From: a virus
Virus record (IMG/VR): IMGVR_UViG_3300035663_000001
Coordinates: 64,542-128,541 of that record
Reading direction: 5' to 3' (one strand)
Length of the DNA stretch: 64,000 nt
A model generated the notes under the pieces. That model was not told where the DNA came from. It did not search any database and saw only the letters and a list, made by a program, of their open reading frames with translations. The translations under genes were made by a program, and so were the position numbers. Every line of letters begins with the position of its first letter. Within the stretch, counting starts at the first letter, position 1. This document shows, one piece after another, positions 37,686 through 46,954 of this stretch.

Positions 37686-38279
37686 ATGCAAAAAATTGAG
37701 ATAGATGAACATGGCGTTAAAAGATATCGCTGGAATAACCAGCTTCATCGAGAAGATGGTCCAGCAGTAGAATATCCTAATGGAGATAAATCTTGGTGGG
37801 TTTATGATAAATACCATCGGGAAGATGGCCCTGCAGTAGAAGAGGCTGATGGAACTAAAGAGTGGTGGGTTAATGATCGACGACATCGAGAAGATGGTCC
37901 AGCCATAGAATGGTCTGATGGCAGTAAAGAATGGTATCTTCATGATCAACTCCATCGAGAAGATGGTCCAGCAGTAGAAAAGGCCAATGGAGATAAACAC
38001 TGGTATCATCATGATGAATTACATCGAGAAAATGGTCCTGCCATAGAATTGGCTAATGGAGATAAATATTGGTATCGTTATGATCAACGACATCGAGAAG
38101 ATGGACCAGCCATTATCCATGCTAATGGAACTAAAGAATGGTGGCGTTATGATTTGCGCCATCGAGTAGATGGCCCGGCTATAGAACATTCTAATGGAAG
38201 TAAAACTTTTTACCTAGAAGGTAAAAAATATTCGCCAGAAAAATATTGGCGATTAGTTAAATTGCAAGCTTTATGGTAA
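37686..38279 (+). CDS. HREDGPA-repeat protein (7 repeats)
   Basis: repeats and tail. Confidence 0.85.
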   Translation: MQKIEIDEHGVKRYRWNNQLHREDGPAVEYPNGDKSWWVYDKYHREDGPAVEEADGTKEWWVNDRRHREDGPAIEWSDGSKEWYLHDQLHREDGPAVEKANGDKHWYHHDELHRENGPAIELANGDKYWYRYDQRHREDGPAIIHANGTKEWWRYDLRHRVDGPAIEHSNGSKTFYLEGKKYSPEKYWRLVKLQALW

Positions 38280-38280
38280 T

Positions 38281-38523
38281 ATGATATATACAGATATGTT
38301 TAATAATAAACATTATTTTTGTAATGGCAAACTTCATCGAGAAGATGGACCAGCCCTAGAAAATACTAATGGAGATAAATATTGGTATCTTCATGGTCAG
38401 TTACATCGAGAAGATGGTGCCGCCATAGAAAATAATGATGGAACTAAATATTGGTACCTTCAAGGCAAACGATATTCCGAAGAAGAATATTGGAGAGCAC
38501 TTAAATTAAAATCTTTATGGTAA
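38281..38523 (+). CDS. HREDGPA-repeat protein
   Basis: repeats and tail. Confidence 0.85.
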   Translation: MIYTDMFNNKHYFCNGKLHREDGPALENTNGDKYWYLHGQLHREDGAAIENNDGTKYWYLQGKRYSEEEYWRALKLKSLW

Positions 38524-38768
38524 AACATCTAAAAATTATCACTGAACATGCTACATATTATTATTTGGGTCATAAATACCATCGAGAAAATAGTCCCGCC
38601 ATAGAGTATGTTAATGGAGATAAAGAGTGGTGGATTCATGGCAAAAGACATCGAGAAGATGGTCCTGCCAAGGAATATAATGATGGGCGGAAATTCTGGT
38701 ATCTTCAAGGCGAAGAATATTCAGAAGAAGAATATTTTCGAGTACTTAAATTAAAAACTTTGTGGTAA
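38517..38768 (+). CDS. HREDGPA-repeat protein
   Basis: repeats and tail. Confidence 0.85.
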   Translation: MVKHLKIITEHATYYYLGHKYHRENSPAIEYVNGDKEWWIHGKRHREDGPAKEYNDGRKFWYLQGEEYSEEEYFRVLKLKTLW

Positions 38769-38771
38769 AGT

Positions 38772-39227
38772 ATGCAAGAAATAGAAACAGATCAATTTGG
38801 TATATATTATTACTGGAATAATCAGTTGCACCGAGAAGATGGTCCGGCAGTAGAAGATTATGAGGGAGATAAAGAATGGTGGCTTCATGGTCAGCGTCAT
38901 CGAGAAGATGGTCCAGCAGTAGAATTTTCTAATGGAAGTAAATTTTGGTATCGTCATAGCCTTCTTCATCGAGAAGATGGTTCAGCAGTAGAAAAGGTTA
39001 ATGGATATAAAGGGTGGTGGATCCACGGTCGATGTCATCGAGAAAACGGACCAGCTATAGAATATGCCGATGGAAGTAAAGATTGGTGGCTTCAGGGAAA
39101 ACGGCATCGAGAAGATGGACCTGCAGCAGATCATACTGATGGATATAAAGCGTGGTACCTTCAAGGTAAAAAATATTCAGAGAAAGAATATTGGCGAGTA
39201 GTTAAATTAAAAGCTTTGTGGTATTAA
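38772..39227 (+). CDS. HREDGPA-repeat protein
   Basis: repeats and tail. Confidence 0.85.
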   Translation: MQEIETDQFGIYYYWNNQLHREDGPAVEDYEGDKEWWLHGQRHREDGPAVEFSNGSKFWYRHSLLHREDGSAVEKVNGYKGWWIHGRCHRENGPAIEYADGSKDWWLQGKRHREDGPAADHTDGYKAWYLQGKKYSEKEYWRVVKLKALWY

Positions 39228-39228
39228 T

Positions 39229-39819
39229 ATGAATATAAATAAAGAATTATTTTCTCGTTTAGGAATCAAAGAATTAATTCTCACCCAAGAAAGTGATTGG
39301 ATTAAAGTTATTATTCCAGACAAGAAGCAACAAGAATCTTTCCGTTTAGCTAAAATTCAAGAAGATGACTCTCGAGATAATGAATTATATGATCATGCTT
39401 TTCAAAATTCTAGAGAACAAAGTTTGTTCTGTACGACGGAATCCAAAGGCGCAGAATTTGCCGTTCAAGAATGGGGCGGTGGTACTGCTCGGGTAACTCA
39501 ACCTAATGAATTTCATTCTTATCCCGATGTAGGTCAAGTCAATGTTCGTCATATCAATGATCCAGAAGATGGATTAATGATTATGAAAAAGGACCAAAAT
39601 AAAGTTCCATTAGTATTAGTGACTGGTAAAATGCCAGAATATTTTCTTATGGGCTGGACTATTCCGGCTTATGCGAAGCAATATATTTATCGAATTAATT
39701 TGGGTCGAGAAAAATTAGGAGATGGTTTTTTGCATAATATGCAGCCGCACGAGGCATGCACATTTAGCAAGCAATGGTTATTCCCGATGTGGTCTCTCAA
39801 TAAAGATTTAGTTAAATAA
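39229..39819 (+). CDS. hypothetical phage protein (possible PD-(D/E)xK-like fold)
   Basis: GAEFAV...PDVG.VNVR...LVTG...GW. Confidence 0.45.
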   Translation: MNINKELFSRLGIKELILTQESDWIKVIIPDKKQQESFRLAKIQEDDSRDNELYDHAFQNSREQSLFCTTESKGAEFAVQEWGGGTARVTQPNEFHSYPDVGQVNVRHINDPEDGLMIMKKDQNKVPLVLVTGKMPEYFLMGWTIPAYAKQYIYRINLGREKLGDGFLHNMQPHEACTFSKQWLFPMWSLNKDLVK

Positions 39820-39842
39820 TTAAGGATAATTAACAGGTAAGT

Positions 39843-40256
39843 ATGGCTATTGAAAATTTTTCAGATTTAGGATTAGGGGCGGAAACAAAAAAGGAAGATA
39901 TCTCTTCTATTATACAAGAAGTATTAGGAATTACCATTGAGGATTTAACTAATAAATTATCTGCCAATGTAGCAGCTAATGCGGCTAAATTAGCCGAGCA
40001 AATTATTAATATTGCTCCACATAACAATTATGCTAAATTGTTAGAAACAGATGTTGATAAAGCTAATTTCTTACAAACGGAAGCTCATAAGTCAGAGTAT
40101 TGGGATCTTCGAGAAATAAAAGCCAGTGATAAAATAGATAATTTATTGGTCTTTACTTTTATGAATACTGCGGTAGATGACGGAGCATCCTTAAAAGGAT
40201 GCGTATATGTTACCTTTACTGGCAAAATAAAATATGCTTTTGCTACTGTCAATTGA
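39843..40256 (+). CDS. hypothetical protein
   Basis: ORF. Confidence 0.5.
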   Translation: MAIENFSDLGLGAETKKEDISSIIQEVLGITIEDLTNKLSANVAANAAKLAEQIINIAPHNNYAKLLETDVDKANFLQTEAHKSEYWDLREIKASDKIDNLLVFTFMNTAVDDGASLKGCVYVTFTGKIKYAFATVN

Positions 40257-40420
40257 ATAACTCCATCGAGAGAATGGATCTGCCATAGAATTTGCTAATG
40301 GTCCAACCACTAAAGTGGTTGGCTTTCTGCTATAAAGATCGTAAATATTGGTACCTTCAAGGTAAAAATTATTCTGAAAAAATATATTGGCGTTTAGTTA
40401 AATTAAAAGCTTTCTGGTAA
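40257..40420 (+). pseudogene. headless HREDGPA-repeat remnant with palindromic insertion
   Basis: LHRENGSAIEFANG, insertion, KYWYLQG...KLKAFW*. Confidence 0.7.
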
Positions 40421-40424
40421 CATA

Positions 40425-40739
40425 ATGCAAAAAATTATAACAGAGAAAAATGGATCCCAATATTATTATTGGAATAATCAGCCACACCGAGAAGATGGTC
40501 CAGCGGTAGAATATTACAATGGAGAACAAGAATATTGGATGTATGGTCTACCTCATAGAGAGGACGGGCCGGCAATTGTTAAAAAAACACATAAATTATG
40601 GTATTATCAGGGGCAGCTCCATCGAGAAGATGGGCCAGCGATTGAACAACAAAATGGCGCCAAAGCATTTTATCTGCATGGGAAATTCTACTTAGAAGAA
40701 TCTTATTGGCGATTAGTTAAGTTGAAAGCTTTGTGGTAA
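40425..40739 (+). CDS. HREDGPA-repeat protein
   Basis: repeats and tail. Confidence 0.85.
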   Translation: MQKIITEKNGSQYYYWNNQPHREDGPAVEYYNGEQEYWMYGLPHREDGPAIVKKTHKLWYYQGQLHREDGPAIEQQNGAKAFYLHGKFYLEESYWRLVKLKALW

Positions 40740-40742
40740 AGT

Positions 40743-41198
40743 ATGCAAGAAATTAAGGTTGATAAAGACGGAACTAAAAGATATTATTGCAATGGTAAAT
40801 TGCATCGAGAAGACGGTCCGGCAATAGAGTCTATTAATGGGGAAAAATATTGGTTTATTAATGACCAACAACATCGAGAAGACGGTCCAGCGGTAGAATA
40901 TTCTGATGGAAGTAAAGAATGGTATCTTCATGGTCAACGTCATCGAGAAGATGGTCCGGCAGTAGAATATGCTCATGGATCTAAACATTGGTATCTTCAT
41001 GACAAACTACATCGAGTTGATGGTCCAGCATTAGAAAATGCTAATGGCCATAAAGAGTGGTACCGTCATGGTAAATTCCATCGAGAAGATGGACCAGCAG
41101 TAGAAGGCACTAATGGAAATAAGTATTGGTTTCTTCAAGATAAAAGATATTCAGAACAAGAATATTGGCAAATGATTAAACTTAAAGCTTTATGGTAA
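40743..41198 (+). CDS. HREDGPA-repeat protein
   Basis: repeats and tail. Confidence 0.85.
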   Translation: MQEIKVDKDGTKRYYCNGKLHREDGPAIESINGEKYWFINDQQHREDGPAVEYSDGSKEWYLHGQRHREDGPAVEYAHGSKHWYLHDKLHRVDGPALENANGHKEWYRHGKFHREDGPAVEGTNGNKYWFLQDKRYSEQEYWQMIKLKALW

Positions 41199-41250
41199 TT
41201 TTTTGAAATATTAACATTAGTCGCGTGTTATATTAAGATTGTTACTTTAT

Positions 41251-41324
41251 TCGGGTTTCGTTCAACGGTAGGACAGAGGACTTTGAATCCTCGAATTGGA
41301 GTTCGATTCTCTAAACCCGAACCA
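41251..41324 (+). tRNA. tRNA-Gln(TTG)
   Basis: TCGGGTT/AACCCGA, GAGGA-CTTTGAA-TCCTC, ACCA. Confidence 0.9.
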
Positions 41325-41353
41325 CTATCTATTAATAGTTACTCATATTTTAC

Positions 41354-42055
41354 ATGAGTACCAGTAAATTATTTAAGTTAGCCCAACACATTGAAGATAA
41401 ATTAGCCAAAATTAATCCAGATACCGTCTTAGAAGAGCATGAAGGAGTTTCTCCGGTCTCTTATATGGCTTTTAATAATTTAAAAAATATCGTTAAAGAC
41501 GCAAATGAATTATTAGAATTATTAAATGATCAAGATGATTTACCTCAATGGGCCGATGAATTTATTGCATTAGCTAAATTTAATGTGACTAAAATTCTAA
41601 ATTATGTCAGAGCAGAAAAGTCCTCCCATGGAGAAACAGAAAAGAATGCTTATCAATTGCATGATTTAGTTAAATATGCCGCCGGGAAATATGACCATAT
41701 TGATTTCAAACCCTCTGAAGCCGTGGCTAATGCCGCTGCTCGTGGTTTAGAATTACGTAAGAAAAATAAAGGAAAAGGCGGTTTAAGTACCCAGCAAGCT
41801 GGAGCCCAAGGAATTGGTTCTGGTGTAGCTAGAGCAGTGTCGCTGAAAAATAGACAAACTTTAAGTCCTTCCACCGTTCGTCGAATGAAATCTTTTTTTG
41901 ATCGACACGAAAAGAATAAAGGCGCCAGCGATGGAAAACCTTTAACTCAAGATAAAGGTTATATTGCTTGGCTGATCTGGGGAGGTGATCCGGGGAGATC
42001 TTGGGCCAACAAAATTTGCAAGCAAATGGATGCAGCAGATAAAAAATCTAAATAA
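41354..42055 (+). CDS. phage protein with conserved ARGL...GVARA...RMKSFFDRH...IAWLIWGG domain
   Basis: recognisable phage domain of unknown function. Confidence 0.55.
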   Translation: MSTSKLFKLAQHIEDKLAKINPDTVLEEHEGVSPVSYMAFNNLKNIVKDANELLELLNDQDDLPQWADEFIALAKFNVTKILNYVRAEKSSHGETEKNAYQLHDLVKYAAGKYDHIDFKPSEAVANAAARGLELRKKNKGKGGLSTQQAGAQGIGSGVARAVSLKNRQTLSPSTVRRMKSFFDRHEKNKGASDGKPLTQDKGYIAWLIWGGDPGRSWANKICKQMDAADKKSK

Positions 42056-42072
42056 TTGGGGATTAGTTTAGC

Positions 42073-42159
42073 CCTTGACAATCTTTACTTTGAGGTTATA
42101 TTATACCACTCTGGGAAATTATCCTGTCTGACTAGATCTCTGAGAGGACCCGTTGTCTG
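42073..42159 (+). pseudogene. duplicated promoter + 5' half of the tRNA-Tyr-like gene
   Basis: close match to 31741-31862, ending in the anticodon loop. Confidence 0.75.
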
Positions 42160-42160
42160 A

Positions 42161-42191
42161 CATAAGTTCTAATTGCTCCATACGTGGAGAC
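42161..42191 (+). repeat. 31-nt repeat CATAAGTTCTAATTGCTCCATACGTGGAGAC
   Basis: also at 61327 and 61683; partial at 34140. Confidence 0.7.
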
Positions 42192-42227
42192 GGGCGCCGA
42201 CTAACTAATAGTTTGCCATATATAGGC

Positions 42228-42752
42228 ATGAGCAATTTATCTAAATATGGAGCCCTGCTAGAAGAGATTGATAGCTATTATTTATTAGCCCAAGCTAGTA
42301 AAGTGTATGGCCCGTACCATCGTTTAGATGGTCGACAAATTGTCATTGTCGTAGAAGAAGACGGTTCTCGGAGAACTGTTAGCTATCCTAAATTCTTAAT
42401 GGAAGAACATTTAGGTCGAACTTTAGACCCCGATTTAGAAACCGTAGATCATTGGGATTCCAATTATTTAAATAATGATTTATCGAATTTAAGATTGGTT
42501 CCTCGGGATCAGCATTCGGCAGATGATACTCGTCGGGTGAAATTGGTTAAATTGAAGTGCGCCTTGTGTGATAAGGAATTTGAGAGAAGTCCCAGGTTGT
42601 TGAGGGATAAGGCGAAGAAGAAGCGAGCTGGGCCATTTTGTAGCAGGCTGTGTGCGGGGCGTTATAGCAGACAGCTCCAGCTCCGACTCATCCGCAAACT
42701 TCCCCAACAACCTTTCCTCTCATCTGAATATTATAAGAAAAAATATCAGTGA
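42228..42752 (+). CDS. HNH endonuclease
   Basis: MEEHLGR.L...TVDHWD...NNDLSNLRLV...H; CALC/CSRLC. Confidence 0.8.
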   Translation: MSNLSKYGALLEEIDSYYLLAQASKVYGPYHRLDGRQIVIVVEEDGSRRTVSYPKFLMEEHLGRTLDPDLETVDHWDSNYLNNDLSNLRLVPRDQHSADDTRRVKLVKLKCALCDKEFERSPRLLRDKAKKKRAGPFCSRLCAGRYSRQLQLRLIRKLPQQPFLSSEYYKKKYQ

Positions 42753-42763
42753 TATAGCATCTC

Positions 42764-43816
42764 ATGATGAGATATACCTATTATCCTAATATTTTTACCG
42801 ATGAAACAGCTTTATCCTTTTATTTTTTGGGATTGTACATTACGGATGGTAATGTATATCTGAAGCATGGATATGAGGTTTCCATCAAATCAATTGATGT
42901 GTCCTTATTGCACGCTATTGCTAAGTTAGTATGCCCTACTAAATCGCTAGTCAAAATTAAAAATTCTAATTGTTTTAAATTAAGTTTTAATTGCCAAGCG
43001 ATTGCTGAGTGGTTAGTCTCTTATGGTTGCGTCCCGAATAAAACTAAAATAGTCAAGTTTCCAACTATACCAGAAAAATATTATCCAGATTTGATTCGAG
43101 GGTTATTAGATGGAGATGGAAGCATTGGATTTTACAAATCTCCGATGATTAGATTTGACTCGGCATCCTTCCATTTAATTAATGGAGTCAAAGATTATCT
43201 TAATTCAACTTTAGGTTTTACTCTTTCTCTCAAGGAAACGCCTTGGATTACTACCACTATTAATGGTCAAGCAGCTAGTTCTACTACTCAAATGTATAGG
43301 CTATCTATCGTAAATTTGAATGCATATAAATTATTAAAACATATTTATTATCAACCAGATTGTTTTAGTTTAGATAGAAAGAAGGCTCAAGCTTTTGAAA
43401 TTATTAACCATTATGAGTCTCGTTGGTCGCCAGACAAGTTATTAAGTTTTAATAAGTTGCCTATTAAAGATTGGCCAGGTGATCAGGAATTATTTAATTT
43501 AGTTTGTTCTTATCACGGATCGTTTAAGTTGACGGCTCAGCATTTGAATGTGTCGGCTTGGGGATTAGTTTCTAGATTAAGAAAAATTGGTTATTATCAA
43601 CAATTAAAAACCCTGTATCCCGTAGAGAGGGCTAAAAATTTTAACGGGTTTAGGAAGCCTAAAATGGTTAGCGAATCCTTGATTCAAGAGATTGACTCTT
43701 TGTTTGAGCATTTAACTCATCGGCAAATTGCGGAGAAATTCTCTCTTAAAGAGAGTTATGTGGCTTTTTTGAAAAGAGATAGTAATAAAAGAAATGTAAT
43801 TGACCATGAACAATAA
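42764..43816 (+). CDS. LAGLIDADG-family homing endonuclease
   Basis: YFLGLYITDG and LIRGLLDGDG motifs. Confidence 0.85.
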   Translation: MMRYTYYPNIFTDETALSFYFLGLYITDGNVYLKHGYEVSIKSIDVSLLHAIAKLVCPTKSLVKIKNSNCFKLSFNCQAIAEWLVSYGCVPNKTKIVKFPTIPEKYYPDLIRGLLDGDGSIGFYKSPMIRFDSASFHLINGVKDYLNSTLGFTLSLKETPWITTTINGQAASSTTQMYRLSIVNLNAYKLLKHIYYQPDCFSLDRKKAQAFEIINHYESRWSPDKLLSFNKLPIKDWPGDQELFNLVCSYHGSFKLTAQHLNVSAWGLVSRLRKIGYYQQLKTLYPVERAKNFNGFRKPKMVSESLIQEIDSLFEHLTHRQIAEKFSLKESYVAFLKRDSNKRNVIDHEQ

Positions 43817-44150
43817 ATGGATCAGAATATATAGGTGGAGCCTTTATAATGGTATTCTAATTAAAGAATATTATGCGAATAATCTTGTTCATCGAGAAGA
43901 TGGTCCGGCGAGAGAATTTAGCAGTGGAGAAAAACATTGGTGTCTTCATGGCCATCTTCATCGAGAAGATGGACCTGCAGTAGTATACGCTAATGGAGTT
44001 AAATGTTGGTATCTTTATGGTCAACTTCATCGATCAGATGGCCCCGCTATTGAATGGCCTGATGGCGGAAAATCATGGTTTATACAAGATAATAAAATTT
44101 CTTCAGAAAAAAAATATTGGAGACTAGTTAAGTTGAAAACTTTATGGTAA
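43800..44150 (+). CDS. HREDGPA-repeat protein
   Basis: repeats and tail. Confidence 0.85.
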   Translation: MTMNNKWIRIYRWSLYNGILIKEYYANNLVHREDGPAREFSSGEKHWCLHGHLHREDGPAVVYANGVKCWYLYGQLHRSDGPAIEWPDGGKSWFIQDNKISSEKKYWRLVKLKTLW

Positions 44151-44154
44151 AGTT

Positions 44155-44469
44155 ATGCAAGAAATTAAAGAAAATAAATGGGGTAAATATTATTGTTATA
44201 ATGGGAACTTACATCGAGAAGATGGGCCGGCGTTAGAAGAACCTAGTGGATATAAAGAATGGCGTTTACATGGTAAACTACATCGAACAAATGGTCCAGC
44301 ATTAGAATGGGTTAATGGAAATAAAGAATGGTATCTTCACGGTCAATTACATCGAGAAGATGGTCCTGCCATAGAATGGGTTGTTGGAAACAAATATTGG
44401 TTTCTTCAAGGTAAAGAATATACCGAAAAAGACTATTGGAGAATAGTTAAATTAAAAGCTTTATGGTAA
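44155..44469 (+). CDS. HREDGPA-repeat protein
   Basis: repeats and tail. Confidence 0.85.
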   Translation: MQEIKENKWGKYYCYNGNLHREDGPALEEPSGYKEWRLHGKLHRTNGPALEWVNGNKEWYLHGQLHREDGPAIEWVVGNKYWFLQGKEYTEKDYWRIVKLKALW

Positions 44470-44472
44470 AGT

Positions 44473-44859
44473 ATGCAAGAAATAAAAACAAATAAATATG
44501 GTAAACATTATTTCTTTAATGGTCGATTACATCGAGAAGATGGTCCAGCTATAGAGAATAATGACGGAAGTACAGAATGGTATCTTCATGGCAAACTGCA
44601 TCGAACAGATGGTCCCGCAGTAAAATTTACTTATAATTCTATTAAAGAATGGTGGGTTTACGGTAAACTCCATCGGGAAGATGGACCGGCAGTAGAGCGC
44701 GCTAATGGAACGAAATATTGGTTTCTTCATGGTGAAATCCATCGAGAAGATGGCCCGGCCATAGAATATGCTGATGGAATTAAAGAATATTGGTTGCAAG
44801 AAAAGAAATATTCAGAAGAAGACTATTGGCGAGTAGTTAAGTTAAAAGCTTTATGGTAA
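44473..44859 (+). CDS. HREDGPA-repeat protein
   Basis: repeats and tail. Confidence 0.85.
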   Translation: MQEIKTNKYGKHYFFNGRLHREDGPAIENNDGSTEWYLHGKLHRTDGPAVKFTYNSIKEWWVYGKLHREDGPAVERANGTKYWFLHGEIHREDGPAIEYADGIKEYWLQEKKYSEEDYWRVVKLKALW

Positions 44860-45236
44860 AGTATACAAATGATGAGGGAGATATTTTTTGGATGGTCGAT
44901 GGAGTTTATCATCGAGAAGACGGGCCTGCAGTAGAATGGGCTAATGGAGATAAATCTTGGTATCTTCATGGTCAACTACATCGAACAGATGGTCCAGCCA
45001 TAGAGCGAATTAATGGAGATACAGAGTGGTGGATTCATGACCAACGTCATCGAGAAGACGGTCCAGCCGTAGATAATATTGGTGGAACTAAAATATGGCT
45101 TATTAATGGTATTTATCATCGAGAAGATGGCTCAGCTGTAGAATTAGCTAATGGCACTAAAAGGTGGTATCTTCAAGGTAAACAATATTCTAAAGAAGAG
45201 TTTTGGCGAGTAGTTAAATTACAAGCTTTGTGGTGA
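44853..45236 (+). CDS. HREDGPA-repeat protein
   Basis: repeats and tail. Confidence 0.85.
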   Translation: MVKYTNDEGDIFWMVDGVYHREDGPAVEWANGDKSWYLHGQLHRTDGPAIERINGDTEWWIHDQRHREDGPAVDNIGGTKIWLINGIYHREDGSAVELANGTKRWYLQGKQYSKEEFWRVVKLQALW

Positions 45237-45239
45237 AAT

Positions 45240-46211
45240 ATGCAAGAAATTAAGATAGATCAAGGTGGAAATAAATATTATTATTGGAATGATAAGTTAC
45301 ATCGAGAAGATGGCCCTGCGATAGAATTTGTTAATGGAGATAAAGAGTGGTTTTTTCATGGTAAATATCATCGAGTGGATGGGCCAGCAATAGAGTTAGC
45401 CAGTGGCCATAAAGAATGGTGGTATTTTCATGGAAAATTACATCGAACAAATGGTCCGGCTATAGATCATGAAGGTAAATTTTTTCTTCATGGTAAAGAA
45501 TATACAGAAGAAGAATATGGCAAATTAGGTAATAACATGTCAAAAGAATTTTTAAATAATTTATATTATCAATGTCTTAATTTAAAAGAAGGAGGCGCTG
45601 ACCAAGCATATTTTTTTATCTCCAAATTGTTGGAGCAAAAGAATTTTTCAGCTATTAATTCTCTTTTCTCAGACTTAGATCTATCTCTAGTAGATACTGG
45701 TACCATGTATATGATGATTAATTTAACCGCTCCTTATCGATCTAAAATATCTACTTATCAAAATTTTTATCTAAAAATTAGAGAAGAATATGCTAGACGA
45801 GGACGCTCGTCACAAGACATATCAAAATTACTTGATCACTTTCAAGAGGTAAAGGAAAGTTCGGAGACTCCATATGTCTCTAAAGAAGAGTCTGGATTTA
45901 ATCAATTAAATTTTCTGATAGAGAAAGCAGAGCTTTCTAATGATAAAGAATTAGTTTTTTGGCTACAATTGTGTAAATCACAAAAATTAGCTCATGCAAA
46001 TAAGGAAGATAAATTTAGGAATTTAGTTCAAACTTTAGGACATGATGAATTGAGAAAAAGAACTATTGATTCTTTACGTCATATGGCAAATCTTTTAGAG
46101 AAAACGACGGGTTGTTGGCCGGGCATTTATTATGCTGAATTGCCAAAAGATTTGAATAGTGATATGCTGGCTAAATTAGAAGTTATTCTTTCGTATCCTT
46201 GGCCCGGTTGA
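45240..46211 (+). CDS. HREDGPA-repeat protein fused to unrelated helical protein (own ATG at 45537)
   Basis: repeats to EEEY, then foreign sequence; orphan tail at 46217. Confidence 0.75.
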   Translation: MQEIKIDQGGNKYYYWNDKLHREDGPAIEFVNGDKEWFFHGKYHRVDGPAIELASGHKEWWYFHGKLHRTNGPAIDHEGKFFLHGKEYTEEEYGKLGNNMSKEFLNNLYYQCLNLKEGGADQAYFFISKLLEQKNFSAINSLFSDLDLSLVDTGTMYMMINLTAPYRSKISTYQNFYLKIREEYARRGRSSQDISKLLDHFQEVKESSETPYVSKEESGFNQLNFLIEKAELSNDKELVFWLQLCKSQKLAHANKEDKFRNLVQTLGHDELRKRTIDSLRHMANLLEKTTGCWPGIYYAELPKDLNSDMLAKLEVILSYPWPG

Positions 46212-46252
46212 TAGATTGGCGAACAGTAAAGCTTAAATTTTTATGGTGAAGT

Positions 46253-46570
46253 ATGGAAAAAATTACAACAGATAAATATGGTAATAAATTTTATTCTTAT
46301 AATGGTCAACTCCATCGAGAAGCTGGTCCAGCCGTAGAATATGCTAATGGAAATAAATATTGGTATCGTCATGGTCGTCTTCATCGAGACGATGGCCCGG
46401 CAGTAGAATATGGTAATGGTAGTAAAGAATGGTGGTTTCATGGCAAATGTCATCGAGAAGATGGCCCAGCAGCAGATCATGTTGATGGCTATAAAGCGTG
46501 GTTCCTTCAAGGTAAAAAATATACAGAAGAAGAATATTGGCGATTAGTTAAGTTGAAAGCTTTGTGGTGA
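46253..46570 (+). CDS. HREDGPA-repeat protein
   Basis: repeats and tail. Confidence 0.85.
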   Translation: MEKITTDKYGNKFYSYNGQLHREAGPAVEYANGNKYWYRHGRLHRDDGPAVEYGNGSKEWWFHGKCHREDGPAADHVDGYKAWFLQGKKYTEEEYWRLVKLKALW

Positions 46571-46573
46571 AAT

Positions 46574-46891
46574 ATGCAAGAAATTAAAACAGATAACAAT
46601 GGCAAGAAAAAATATTATTGTAATGGAAATCTTCATCGAGAAGATGGTCCAGCGATAGAATTCTATAATGGAGATAAATTTTGGTTGCTTCATGGTCAAC
46701 GCCATCGAGAGAATGGTCCCGCAATAGAATGTTCTAATGGAGATAAATATTGGTATCTTCATGATCGATGTCATCGAGAAAATGGTCCAGCGGTAGAATT
46801 AGCTAATGGTACTAAAAGATGGTACCTTCAAAATAAAGAATATTCAGAAGAAGAATATTTGAGAGTAGTTAAGCTAAAAGCTTTATGGTAA
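46574..46891 (+). CDS. HREDGPA-repeat protein
   Basis: repeats and tail. Confidence 0.85.
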   Translation: MQEIKTDNNGKKKYYCNGNLHREDGPAIEFYNGDKFWLLHGQRHRENGPAIECSNGDKYWYLHDRCHRENGPAVELANGTKRWYLQNKEYSEEEYLRVVKLKALW

Positions 46892-46923
46892 TTTTTAAAA
46901 TTTATTTTATAAAATAGCCGACC

Positions 46924-46951
46924 TTGACACGGGCCAGATCGGTGTTATTAT
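46924..46951 (+). promoter_or_regulatory. sigma70-like promoter
   Basis: TTGACA-N16-TATTAT. Confidence 0.55.
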
Positions 46952-46954
46952 ATT

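Noticed and set aside
36908-39227. Diversity-generating retroelement as the source of repeat variation
   Set aside because: No reverse transcriptase or non-coding template repeat in the window, and variation is not visibly limited to adenines. A DGR elsewhere in the genome cannot be excluded.
42160-43816. Group I intron in the anticodon loop of the second tRNA-Tyr copy
   Set aside because: No 3' exon and no recognisable P3-P7 core in the short non-coding space.
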